Source: Oscillospiraceae bacterium | Lineage (GTDB): Bacteria; Bacillota; Clostridia; Oscillospirales; Ruminococcaceae | Length of the DNA stretch: 55,472 nt | NCBI GenBank assembly: GCA_051893715.1 | Contig: JBJFHP010000100.1 | Span: forward strand, 1 to 55,472 | Direction of reading: 5' to 3' | Part shown: positions 28,746-37,009 of the stretch, one piece after another | How positions within the stretch are numbered: position 1 is the stretch's first letter | How the letters are laid out: each line of letters begins with the position of its first letter | The notes under the pieces: generated by a model | The model's input: only the letters and a program-made list of their open reading frames with translations | Database searches by the model: none | Told to the model about the DNA's origin: nothing | Position numbers and translations under genes: made by a program

Positions 28746-29706
28746 TAATGTTGCAAAGCTTGCCGCAGAAATAAAAAACGGGCGGCGCATAAGCTCTGAA
28801 GAGGCTCTCGCGCTTGTCGGCGCGCCGCTCGAGCCGCTGTGCAGCGCCGCCGACGCTATCCGCGCGCACTATTGCCGGGACAGCTTTGATATGTGCTCAA
28901 TTATCAACGGAAAAAGCGGAAGATGCAGCGAAAACTGCCGCTACTGCGCACAGTCGGCGCATTACTGCGGCAGCTGCGAGGAATACCCCCTCATGAACGC
29001 GCAGCAGCTTCTTGAGGGCGCGCAATACAACGAAAAGCGCGGCGTGTGCCGCTTCTCGGTGGTGACCTCGGGGAAAAGGCTAAGCGGCGCGGAAGTCGAC
29101 AGCATATGCGAAAGCTACCGCGAGATGAGCGAAAGGTGCGGCATTTCCCTCTGCGCGTCGCACGGGCTGCTTTGCTATGAGGATTTTCTGAAGCTGAAAG
29201 CGGCGGGCGTGACGCGTTATCACAACAACCTTGAAACCTCGCGCAGATACTTCCCGAGCATATGCACGACACACACCTACGACGAAAAGCTTGCCGCCAT
29301 AAGAGCCGCACAGCGCGCGGGGCTTGAGGTGTGCAGCGGCGGTATAATGGGTCTTGGCGAAGCGTGGGAGGACAGGGTTGACATGGCGCTTGAGCTGCGC
29401 GGGCTTGGGATAAGGTCCGTTCCGCTGAACGTGCTCAACCCGATAAAGGGAACGCCGCTCGGTAATTCCGAGCCGCTTTGCGAGGACGAGGTGTGCCGTA
29501 TCGCGGCAATATGGCGCTTTATCCTGCCCGAGGCAAAAATAAGGCTTGCGGGCGGAAGGGGGCTTTTCCCCGATAAGGGCGAGCGCATTTTCAGAAGCGG
29601 CGCTAACGCGGCGATAACGGGAGATATGCTCACTACGTCGGGAATAACCATTGCTGACGACATAGCGCTCGTGAAAAAGCTCGGCTACGAGGTAAAACTG
29701 TCATGA
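28735..29706 (+). CDS. bioB: biotin synthase
   Basis: Radical SAM CSENCRYC, YHNNLET, CSGGIMGLGE, RLAGGR; TTG start. Confidence 0.96.
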   Translation: MNTDNVAKLAAEIKNGRRISSEEALALVGAPLEPLCSAADAIRAHYCRDSFDMCSIINGKSGRCSENCRYCAQSAHYCGSCEEYPLMNAQQLLEGAQYNEKRGVCRFSVVTSGKRLSGAEVDSICESYREMSERCGISLCASHGLLCYEDFLKLKAAGVTRYHNNLETSRRYFPSICTTHTYDEKLAAIRAAQRAGLEVCSGGIMGLGEAWEDRVDMALELRGLGIRSVPLNVLNPIKGTPLGNSEPLCEDEVCRIAAIWRFILPEAKIRLAGGRGLFPDKGERIFRSGANAAITGDMLTTSGITIADDIALVKKLGYEVKLS

Positions 29707-30374
29707 GCCGCGGGATATTTGTCACGGGAACGGGCACGGACGTCGGTAAGACCTATGTTACCGCCTTGCTGCTGAAAAAGCTGCGCGAAAGCATTGACGC
29801 CGTTTATTACAAAGCGGCGCTGAGCGGCGCGGAGATGATAGGCGGGCGGCTCGCGGCGGGCGACGCATACCATGTCTGCCGAATTGCGGGGATAACGGGC
29901 GAGCCGAACGATAATGTATCCTATATTTACGAGCACCCGCTCTCGCCGCACCTTGCCGCAAGGCTTGAGGGCAGACCGGTCGACGCGGAGCGCGTCAGGG
30001 CGGATTTTGAAGCCCTCTGCGCCGCGCATGAGTTCGTTGTCGCCGAGGGCAGCGGCGGGATCGTCTGCCCGATACGCTTTGATGAACAGCGGATAATGCT
30101 CACGGATATAATTAAAATGCTTGGGTCAGATATCGTTATTGTGTCAACGGCGGCGCTCGGCTCGATTAACAGCGCCGTGCTGACCTGCGAATACGCCCGC
30201 TCGCTCGGGATAGGCGTGCGCGGGTTCATTCTGAACAGATTTGACGGCGAGGATTTAATGCAGTCGGATAATCTGAAAATGATAGAAGCGCTGACGGGCG
30301 CGCCTGTTATCGCCTGTGCCGCAGAGAACGCGTCGGAGCTTGTTTTTTTGAGGGATATCCGGGAGCTTTTATAG
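29703..30374 (+). CDS. bioD: dethiobiotin synthase
   Basis: FVTGTGTDVGKT, SPHLAA, EGSGG, LGSIN. Confidence 0.95.
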   Translation: MSRGIFVTGTGTDVGKTYVTALLLKKLRESIDAVYYKAALSGAEMIGGRLAAGDAYHVCRIAGITGEPNDNVSYIYEHPLSPHLAARLEGRPVDAERVRADFEALCAAHEFVVAEGSGGIVCPIRFDEQRIMLTDIIKMLGSDIVIVSTAALGSINSAVLTCEYARSLGIGVRGFILNRFDGEDLMQSDNLKMIEALTGAPVIACAAENASELVFLRDIRELL

Positions 30375-30390
30375 GAGAAATTTTATAACA

Positions 30391-30426
30391 AAAAAGCGGG
30401 GCAGCCGGAACTGTCCCACTTTTTTT
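30391..30426. terminator. bidirectional terminator
   Basis: AAAAAGCGGGGCAG-ccggaa-CTGTCCCACTTTTTT between convergent genes. Confidence 0.75.
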
Positions 30427-30427
30427 A

Positions 30428-30862
30428 TCATTCTGCGGCGGTGTTGTATCGAATAAAAAATACCCAGAACAGAACGCCCGCGCCCGCGAGCGCGCAGCCC
30501 AGCCCCGTATAGAACACCGCAATGAACACCTCGGGAACGAGCCCCGAATATCTTAGCCATATACCGCCGCCCATCATGAACGCCATGATGCAGTAAGCCT
30601 TGAGGTCGAAGAAATTCCAGAACGGTCTTGTCGGCTCTGCGTAGCCCTTTATGCGGCGGGAGTGCTTTACGCTCATTTTGTAGAACATCAGCCCGAACGC
30701 ACAGAATACCGCGGCGGAGATGAGAATGTGAACGAACGTTATTTCAACGTTCATGTATGCCAGCAAGCCCAGCCTTGCAACATTGACCCCCGCGATAAGC
30801 CACACGCAGCCCGCTATCGCGAGAAGCGTGCGTTTTTTCACATGGTAAAAGGGTCTGCTCAT
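30428..30862 (-). CDS. hypothetical membrane protein (about 4 TM)
   Basis: Hydrophobic segments; start overlaps the upstream stop. Confidence 0.8.
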   Translation of the reverse strand: MSRPFYHVKKRTLLAIAGCVWLIAGVNVARLGLLAYMNVEITFVHILISAAVFCAFGLMFYKMSVKHSRRIKGYAEPTRPFWNFFDLKAYCIMAFMMGGGIWLRYSGLVPEVFIAVFYTGLGCALAGAGVLFWVFFIRYNTAAE

Positions 30863-31287
30863 TCACGCTCCTCCGTCTTTGCGGCGGATTTAAGCGACAG
30901 GAGCAGCAGTATAATTCCCGTTCCCGCAATTATATGCCCCAGTCCCGCAATACCGGATATTGCGCCGTTTGCGCCCTTGGAAAGCTCTGTCCCGAGCACC
31001 TCGGTAACTCCGCGCACGACCATCATGATCGCCGTTATCGGCACGCCGATATTGTATACGCACAGGAACGCCTTGAACAGCTTTTTCTCGGGCAGGCTCT
31101 TAAAGCGCGCGCAGAACAGCGCCGCAAGAAGAAATATCACCATTCCGAGCAGGAACAGATGTGTATGTACCTTTCCGAGAACGGTCACTCCGTCATAGCC
31201 GTTAAGCTTTGTAAACTCGCGGTAGAAAACGCCGCCCGCCATTGCCGCGACAGCATAAACAAGCGAAATATTAAGACACTTTTTCAT
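30859..31287 (-). CDS. DUF2871-like membrane protein
   Basis: GVFYREFTK, VHTHLFLLG, ISGIAGLGH. Confidence 0.8.
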   Translation of the reverse strand: MKKCLNISLVYAVAAMAGGVFYREFTKLNGYDGVTVLGKVHTHLFLLGMVIFLLAALFCARFKSLPEKKLFKAFLCVYNIGVPITAIMMVVRGVTEVLGTELSKGANGAISGIAGLGHIIAGTGIILLLLSLKSAAKTEERE

Positions 31288-31993
31288 TTTTCAGATCTCC
31301 TCTCATTGCGTTAAAGCCTATAAGCACCGTCCAGACATATGCGCAGGTTTTCGGTATCATCAGCATACCGATAAGCGGAACAACGTCCGCGAACAAAACC
31401 ACGGGGATATAGAACCCGAAGCTGAGCACGATCGTCAGCCACATGAAGCGGAATTTCCCGTCGCCGTGCTTTCGAGCGCTGCACAGGAACAACACGATGA
31501 CCACCCCGCCGATTGCGGCGAACGGAATGTTGCGGATAATTCCCCAGAGAAGCGGCGGTTCTTTTCCTGTCCAGTCGTTCTGCGGCATAAGGCAGAGAAC
31601 GACCCTCGCAAGCGCGAGCGCCCATACCGCAGCGGTCAGCGCATTTTTCCCCGAAACGCGGTACCTGCTCCGCCATACATAATACAGCAGCACATAGAAA
31701 GCCGTCATTGTCACCGAGGTGATAAGCTTTCCGACGCCGAGCGCGGCGGTGTAGTCGTCAAGTCCCGTCGTGCACAGCGCCAGCGCACGCGGTACAAGGT
31801 GGAACGAATCGCCCGCGCCGAGCGTTACCGCCATTATCCCGAACAGAAGATACTGACGGCTGCCGCGGCTGACAGCGCCCGAGCCGCCGTCCGCCGAAGC
31901 AGCGCCGACGCTCCTTTTTATCATAATAATTCCGAGCGTTATTACCGTGGCAAGGTAAACCGCGTCGAACAGTGTTTCAAAAATCGCCTGCAT
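31271..31993 (-). CDS. hypothetical polytopic membrane protein (about 7 TM)
   Basis: GGAGG RBS; hydrophobic helices with polar motifs GDSFHLVPR, RNIPF, MIPKT. Confidence 0.8.
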   Translation of the reverse strand: MQAIFETLFDAVYLATVITLGIIMIKRSVGAASADGGSGAVSRGSRQYLLFGIMAVTLGAGDSFHLVPRALALCTTGLDDYTAALGVGKLITSVTMTAFYVLLYYVWRSRYRVSGKNALTAAVWALALARVVLCLMPQNDWTGKEPPLLWGIIRNIPFAAIGGVVIVLFLCSARKHGDGKFRFMWLTIVLSFGFYIPVVLFADVVPLIGMLMIPKTCAYVWTVLIGFNAMRGDLKNEKVS

Positions 31994-32016
31994 TAAATTC
32001 CTCCTTTATTTATCGG

Positions 32017-32583
32017 TTATTTATCGGTGTATAATGTCCTGCGGATAATTTCGGTGAGTATCCCGATATCCGGCTCCGAGCGGCTTAACAGAAGAATGAT
32101 ATTGTCCAGCACGAACTTCACGAACGCCTCCTGCGTGAGCCCGCCCGAGAATGCCGAGGGCTTTATGTTCACGTCGCTGCGCAGCGCCGACAGAAGCTCC
32201 TCTTTTACCTCCGCGAAGCATTTTTCCATGGCTTCTCTTGCTTTACCGCCGCCTGTCCCCGCCGCCGCTGCGGAGTGCTCCGCGAAAAATCCGGGATAAT
32301 CGCCCGACACCGAGCGGATATTCCCGAAAAGCCCGCCGACGTATTCGGTGAACAGCAGCGAGCCGGTGCTTTCGCGCGGGGCGCGGAAGATGTCCTGCCA
32401 GATGCTGCCTATCGTCGCGAGAACAAGCTCGTCCTTATCGGAATAGTAGTTGTAGAGCGTTCCGAGCGCCGTTCCGCATTCCCGCGCGACGGCGCGCATA
32501 TTCAGCGCAGCAAGCCCCTGCCGTGACACTATCCCTTTACACACCTGCATTATTGCTTCCTTTGAGGTGATCTCGGGGTTGAT
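32017..32583 (-). CDS. TetR/AcrR family regulator (start uncertain: ATC 32583, ATT 32586 or ATG 32550)
   Basis: HTH LNMRAVARECGTALGTLYNYYSDKDEL. The frame is open upstream through TSKEAIMQVC to a TGA at 32589. Confidence 0.85.
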   Translation of the reverse strand: MNPEITSKEAIMQVCKGIVSRQGLAALNMRAVARECGTALGTLYNYYSDKDELVLATIGSIWQDIFRAPRESTGSLLFTEYVGGLFGNIRSVSGDYPGFFAEHSAAAAGTGGGKAREAMEKCFAEVKEELLSALRSDVNIKPSAFSGGLTQEAFVKFVLDNIILLLSRSEPDIGILTEIIRRTLYTDK

Positions 32584-32603
32584 AATTCATCGCCTCCTCA
32601 AAC

Positions 32604-32655
32604 TGAACAGTGTTCATCTTGGGGTAATTATAGCATATTGAGCATTTGCTGTCAA
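32604..32655 (-). promoter_or_regulatory. promoter and palindromic operator of the TetR cassette
   Basis: Minus-strand TTGACA (32655-32650)-N17-TGcTATAAT (32632-32627); palindrome TGAACA-G-TGTTCA at 32604-32616, just after the predicted start site. Confidence 0.8.
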
Positions 32656-32706
32656 TAGCTTTACGGAAAAAACGAAAAAATGTTGTTTCGGGGCGAAGAA
32701 AAATTT

Positions 32707-32741
32707 AAAAAAGAAGATCCCTCCGCGAAACGAAGGGATCT
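32707..32741 (-). terminator. terminator after tRNA-Thr
   Basis: AGATCCCT ... AGGGATCT stem followed by a T-run on the minus strand. Confidence 0.8.
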
Positions 32742-32747
32742 GTCTTT

Positions 32748-32823
32748 TGGAGCTGATAATCAGATTCGAACTGATGACCTCATCCTTACCAAGGATGTGC
32801 TCTACCAACTGAGCTATATCAGC
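32748..32823 (-). tRNA. tRNA-Thr (GGT)
   Basis: GCTGATATAGCTCAGTTGGTAGAGCACATCCTTGGTAAGGATGAGGTCATCAGTTCGAATCTGATTATCAGCTCCA: full cloverleaf with encoded CCA. Own promoter TTGACA-N17-TATAAT at 32867-32839. Confidence 0.97.
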
Positions 32824-32895
32824 TTCACAACATAAAAGATTATACCACATTAAATTTGATTTGTCAATACCTTTTTGAAAAAAATTTTATTTTTC

Positions 32896-33471
32896 TCACA
32901 GATCTTTAAGAATGACGACGGGGATAGGCGGGCAGTTTGTCCTGTTCACGAACGGCATTTCTATGACGGTGTATTTTTTGCTGTCAATATTTGGGAGATA
33001 TTCAAGCAGCGCGTCGCGTTCCGCGAAGCCTGTTTCCCTGCCGTAATAGATGATGAGCGTCATTATCCCGCCGCTTTTCAGCAGGCGCAGCCCCTGCTCT
33101 ATCGCCGCGACGGAGCTTGTCTTATTAGTGAAAATATTATGATCCCCGCCCGGCAGCCAGCCGAAATTAAAGGTTATGCAGGACACGGTGCCCTCTGCGA
33201 AAAGGCTGCCCATTTCGCTGTGGCTTTTGAGGAGGACATCGGCGCGGTGCGAAAGTCCGTGCTTTTCCAGCAGGGCTTTTGTGCTGTCAACGGCGTCCTG
33301 CTGTATGTCGAAGGCGGTGACGTGACCGCTGTCGCCCACGAGCTGCGCGAGCAGCAGCGTGTCGTTTCCTCTGCCTGCGGTGGCGTCGATGCAGATATCG
33401 CCCTCGCGGACGGCTTCGGTTATCGTGCGGCGGATTATGTTCAGCGCGCTGAACGACGGTCTGTTATCCAT
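32896..33471 (-). CDS. mnmM: class I SAM methyltransferase, YtqB/MnmM-like (tRNA mnm5s2U34)
   Basis: IDATAGRGNDT, AFDIQ, SHSEM, FNFGWLPGGDH. Confidence 0.75.
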   Translation of the reverse strand: MDNRPSFSALNIIRRTITEAVREGDICIDATAGRGNDTLLLAQLVGDSGHVTAFDIQQDAVDSTKALLEKHGLSHRADVLLKSHSEMGSLFAEGTVSCITFNFGWLPGGDHNIFTNKTSSVAAIEQGLRLLKSGGIMTLIIYYGRETGFAERDALLEYLPNIDSKKYTVIEMPFVNRTNCPPIPVVILKDL

Positions 33472-33895
33472 TTTTTTGCGCTCCGTTGTTAACTTTGTTG
33501 TATTCGTCAATGAAATAGCGGATTATTTTCTGCCGCGTGACAATGCCCACGAAATATTCGCGGTCGTCTACCACGGGGATAAAGCTCTGATTTATCGAGC
33601 GCTCGAAAAGCGCGTTCATTGATATGTCGACATGGACGCAGGGGTTAAAGCCGGGGCGCACGATGTCGCTGATAAGCATTTTTTCCTTGTCCTTCAGGCT
33701 GTTGTCGCCGCTGTCTATAAGGCAGCGCAGAAAGTCGCCCTCGGTGACCGTCCCGTAATATGTATTATCGCGCGTCAGCACGGGGACAGCGGTATATCCG
33801 TGCGCGCGGAATTTTTCCAGCCCCTGACGTATGGTATTATCGCTGTAAATATATGCAACCTGCATTTTTGGCGTTATCATTGATATTATGTTCAT
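33464..33895 (-). CDS. tandem CBS-domain protein (YkuL/DarB/CbpB-like)
   Basis: MITPK..VAY, GYTAVPVL, YGTVTEGD, FIPVVDD, GIVTR. Confidence 0.85.
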   Translation of the reverse strand: MNIISMITPKMQVAYIYSDNTIRQGLEKFRAHGYTAVPVLTRDNTYYGTVTEGDFLRCLIDSGDNSLKDKEKMLISDIVRPGFNPCVHVDISMNALFERSINQSFIPVVDDREYFVGIVTRQKIIRYFIDEYNKVNNGAQKNG

Positions 33896-34007
33896 ATGCT
33901 CCCTCCGAAAGACGAAAGTGATCGCTTTGGTATTTTTATCATACCATACAAATGCCGTAAAGTCAATGAGTAGGCGGTGAGAATTTCGTGAAAATAAGGC
34001 AGTGAAA

Positions 34008-34200
34008 AGCCGCCCGCACGTTTCCGTGCGAGCGCTCGGGCTGTCGATAAAGGCACATCTGCGTCGTCAGCGTTACTACGACAGGCACAAAGCCTAGTCG
34101 TAGCAACGCTTCCTAGCATCTGCACCTTTCTCGGCAGCCCGGGAAAGGTACTTTTTCGACAAGCTGAGCCGCCCGCACGTTTCCGTGTGAGCGGCTCGGG
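34008..34200. mobile_element. MITE-like element (~126 bp, 34041-34166) flanked by a ~33-bp direct repeat of a hairpin
   Basis: DR1 AGCCGCCCGCACGTTTCCGTGCGAGCGCTCGGG (34008-34040); DR2 AGCCGCCCGCACGTTTCCGTGTGAGCGGCTCGGG (34167-34200). Imperfect terminal IRs CTGTCGATAAAG / CTTTTTCGACAAG; long internal hairpin. Confidence 0.65.
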
Positions 34201-34224
34201 TATCTATCGAGAAATAATTTCAAA

Positions 34225-35025
34225 TCACCATGTACGGGACTTCATTTCCTTGAACTGACCGACGGTAGTGGTATGAGCGTTCATGCCGCCGTCTACCGTT
34301 ACTACTTGACCGGTGAAATATTCGCTCTCGTCGGAGGCAAGGTAAATGCACATATTCGCGATATCTGCGGGGCAGCCGTAGCGGTTGACCATGATGTTGT
34401 TGAGGAAGATATCCTTGAGCACCTGCGGAACGTGAGCCTCGTTATCGGGGGTTACGATAAGACCGGGGCGGACGCAGTTGCAGCGGATATTCTCCTTGCC
34501 GAACTGGAGCGCGGTGTATTCCGTAAGCTTGTCGATACCCGCCTTTGCGCAGGCATACGCGGTAGAGCCGAGGTCGCCGCTGCAGGAAGCCATGGAACCG
34601 ATGTTGATTATGGAGCCGCCCTTGTTTTCTCTGAGGTAGGGGATAACGCTCTTGACAGCGTAGAATGTTCCGCGGATATCGCTCTGGAAGATAGCGTCCC
34701 ACATTTCGAGCGTCAGCTCGTCCACTCTGCCGTCCTTTAACGCAACGTTAGCGGCATTGTTTACAAGAATGTCGATCTTGCCGTACTTTTCAGCGGTGTC
34801 CTTCATCAGAGCGTCGATGCTGTCGGTATCGGTGATGTCCATGAAGTGGTAGAACGCCTCTCCGCCCTTGCCGGTTATGGTGTCAACGACCGCCTGACCC
34901 TTTGCCTCGCGGCGGCCGCATACAACTACCTTTGCGCCCTCGGCTGCAAACATCTGTGCAATGCCAACGCCGATACCGCTTGTTGAACCGGTCACTATTG
35001 CTACCTTGCCCTTTAATCTGTCCAT
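34225..35025 (-). CDS. classical SDR oxidoreductase (7-alpha-HSDH-like neighbourhood)
   Basis: TGSTSGIG, NNAA, catalytic S...YACAK, PGLI; GGAGG RBS before ATG 35025. Confidence 0.9.
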   Translation of the reverse strand: MDRLKGKVAIVTGSTSGIGVGIAQMFAAEGAKVVVCGRREAKGQAVVDTITGKGGEAFYHFMDITDTDSIDALMKDTAEKYGKIDILVNNAANVALKDGRVDELTLEMWDAIFQSDIRGTFYAVKSVIPYLRENKGGSIINIGSMASCSGDLGSTAYACAKAGIDKLTEYTALQFGKENIRCNCVRPGLIVTPDNEAHVPQVLKDIFLNNIMVNRYGCPADIANMCIYLASDESEYFTGQVVTVDGGMNAHTTTVGQFKEMKSRTW

Positions 35026-35324
35026 TGTATTTTCCTCCGATAAAATAATATGATTCGCGCCGCGCAAACCGCTGTCATATGAGCGGTATCTGTACGGCGC
35101 TGTTTTTGACGTTATTTCTCAATTATCAATTGACACGAGAAAAAACAGAAAAGCCCGTAACAAACCGATTTTATGGGCTTTATAGCTATATTATAGCACC
35201 GAAAATTGAAAATTTCAAGTAGTATTGTACAAAAATCGGCGGGAATGTCTGTAAATCGGGGTATGTAAAAAATCGCTTGACCCATATCAATTATGATATA
35301 TCCGAGAGTTATTTTACATAATAC

Positions 35325-35353
35325 TTGACACGCATTTCCGAATAGGCTATAAT
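35325..35353 (+). promoter_or_regulatory. sigma-A promoter of the small ORF-MATE-MoxR operon
   Basis: TTGACA-N17-TATAAT. Confidence 0.8.
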
Positions 35354-35385
35354 ACAGATAAGTACGCTATTAAAAAGGAGAAAAT

Positions 35386-35550
35386 ATGGAACCTCATACA
35401 TACAAGGTAGTTAAAATAGAGGGCGAATACGCGACCCTTAAAGACATAGACAGCGGCGAGGAGCTTTTCATCGCGCTTTTTCTGCTCCCCGAGGAAACCG
35501 ATATCGGAGTCACGCTGCATTACGAAAATCTCCAATATACCGTTGAATGA
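35386..35550 (+). CDS. small hypothetical protein (54 aa), not in the ORF track
   Basis: AAGGAG RBS; MEPHTYKVVKIEGEYATLKDIDSGEELFIALFLLPEETDIGVTLHYENLQYTVE; directly after the promoter. Confidence 0.75.
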   Translation: MEPHTYKVVKIEGEYATLKDIDSGEELFIALFLLPEETDIGVTLHYENLQYTVE

Positions 35551-35608
35551 TCGGAAATAACAGATAAACGGAACAACAAGAGAACAAAAGAACAAAGGAA
35601 ATTCAAAT

Positions 35609-37009
35609 ATGAAAGATCTGACAAACGGCAGCCCGATAAAGCTGATAATCACGTTCGCGCTGCCGATATTGCTCGGGAGCATTTTTCAGCAGGCTTATAA
35701 CCTGACCGACACGATAATCATAGGGCAGCATCTCGGAAAGAACTCGCTTGCCGCCGTCGGCTCGACGACAGCGGTGGTGTCGCTTATGTTCAACATCATA
35801 AACGGGCTCGTCACGGGCTTTGCGATAATCGTAGCGAAGAATTTCGGCGCGGGAGATCACGGCGAAATGCGCAGAACGATAGCGCGCATGATAACCTTTT
35901 CGGGCGCAACAACGGCTGTCATCATTGCGGGCATACTCTGCTTCATATCGCCGCTTCTCAACGCGCTTGACACCCCCGCGGGGATATTTGACGAGGCAAA
36001 GACATATCTGATGATCGTTGCGGCGGGGCTTGTCGTTACGCTGATTTATAACCTTGAGGCGGGAATACTCCGCGCCGTGGGCGACAGCGTTATCCCGCTG
36101 ATAATACTCGTTATATCCACCGTGCTCAATATCGGGCTTGACATCATACTTGTGTGCGTGCTTGAAATGGGGGTCGCGGGCGCGGCTCTTGCAACGGTAG
36201 CGGCGCAGCTTATTTCTGCTGCGGTATGCCTTGTTTACCTCATAAAAAAGCGCCCGTTCCTTATGATAAAGCCGTCGGATTTCAGATTTACCGCGCATAC
36301 GACTGCCGAGCTGTTAAGCGCGGGCTTCGGCATGGCGCTGATGTATTCGATAGTTGACATCGGCTCGATAGTGCTTCAGAACGGCATAAACGGCTTCGGT
36401 GAGGACATTATCGCGGCGCACACGGCGGCGCGCAAGATATTCAGCCTGACGATAATGCCGTTTTCATCGGTCAGCGCAACGCTTGTCACCTACTGCTCGC
36501 AGAACCGCGGCGCGGGGAAATATTCCCGCATTTCGCGCGGTATCCGCGACGGTCTGCTGTTAATGGCGGGCTGGGCGACGCTTGCGGTGCTGCTTATTTA
36601 CACGGCGGGCGGGCTGCTGGTCGGAATGATCGTCCCCGGCGAGGACGAGGCTGTCGCGGGAACGGCGCTGCTGTACTTAAAATGGAACGTCCCGTTCTAT
36701 TACTGCCTTGCCGTTCTTCTCGGGCTGAGGAGCGCGCTTCAGGGGCTGGGAAAGAGCCTTGTTCCCATTATAGCGAGCATAATAGAGCTTTTATGGAAAA
36801 TATGCACGGTAGCGTTCATGATACCGCTTTTCGGCGGTCAGAGCGGCACTGTCGGCATGACTGTCGGGGAGATCGGGGGATACTTCGGCGTTGTCCTGTC
36901 CGAGCCGATAATCTGGACGCTGTGTGCGGTTATGATCGGTACGATTGCGATAGTTACCCTTAAAAATATGCCAAAGGACGAGGAAAGAGCAGCGGAGGTA
37001 ACCACATGA
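35609..37009 (+). CDS. MATE family efflux transporter
   Basis: FQQAYNLTDT, LRAVGDS, GVAGAALAT, SQNRGAG. Confidence 0.93.
   Translation: MKDLTNGSPIKLIITFALPILLGSIFQQAYNLTDTIIIGQHLGKNSLAAVGSTTAVVSLMFNIINGLVTGFAIIVAKNFGAGDHGEMRRTIARMITFSGATTAVIIAGILCFISPLLNALDTPAGIFDEAKTYLMIVAAGLVVTLIYNLEAGILRAVGDSVIPLIILVISTVLNIGLDIILVCVLEMGVAGAALATVAAQLISAAVCLVYLIKKRPFLMIKPSDFRFTAHTTAELLSAGFGMALMYSIVDIGSIVLQNGINGFGEDIIAAHTAARKIFSLTIMPFSSVSATLVTYCSQNRGAGKYSRISRGIRDGLLLMAGWATLAVLLIYTAGGLLVGMIVPGEDEAVAGTALLYLKWNVPFYYCLAVLLGLRSALQGLGKSLVPIIASIIELLWKICTVAFMIPLFGGQSGTVGMTVGEIGGYFGVVLSEPIIWTLCAVMIGTIAIVTLKNMPKDEERAAEVTT

Noticed and set aside
30428-32823. Genomic island integrated at tRNA-Thr
   Set aside because: No integrase and no visible duplicated tRNA 3' end; the native tRNA terminator is intact.
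34008-34200. Two-repeat mini-CRISPR
   Set aside because: Only two copies, a 126-bp structured interval with terminal IRs, and no cas genes.
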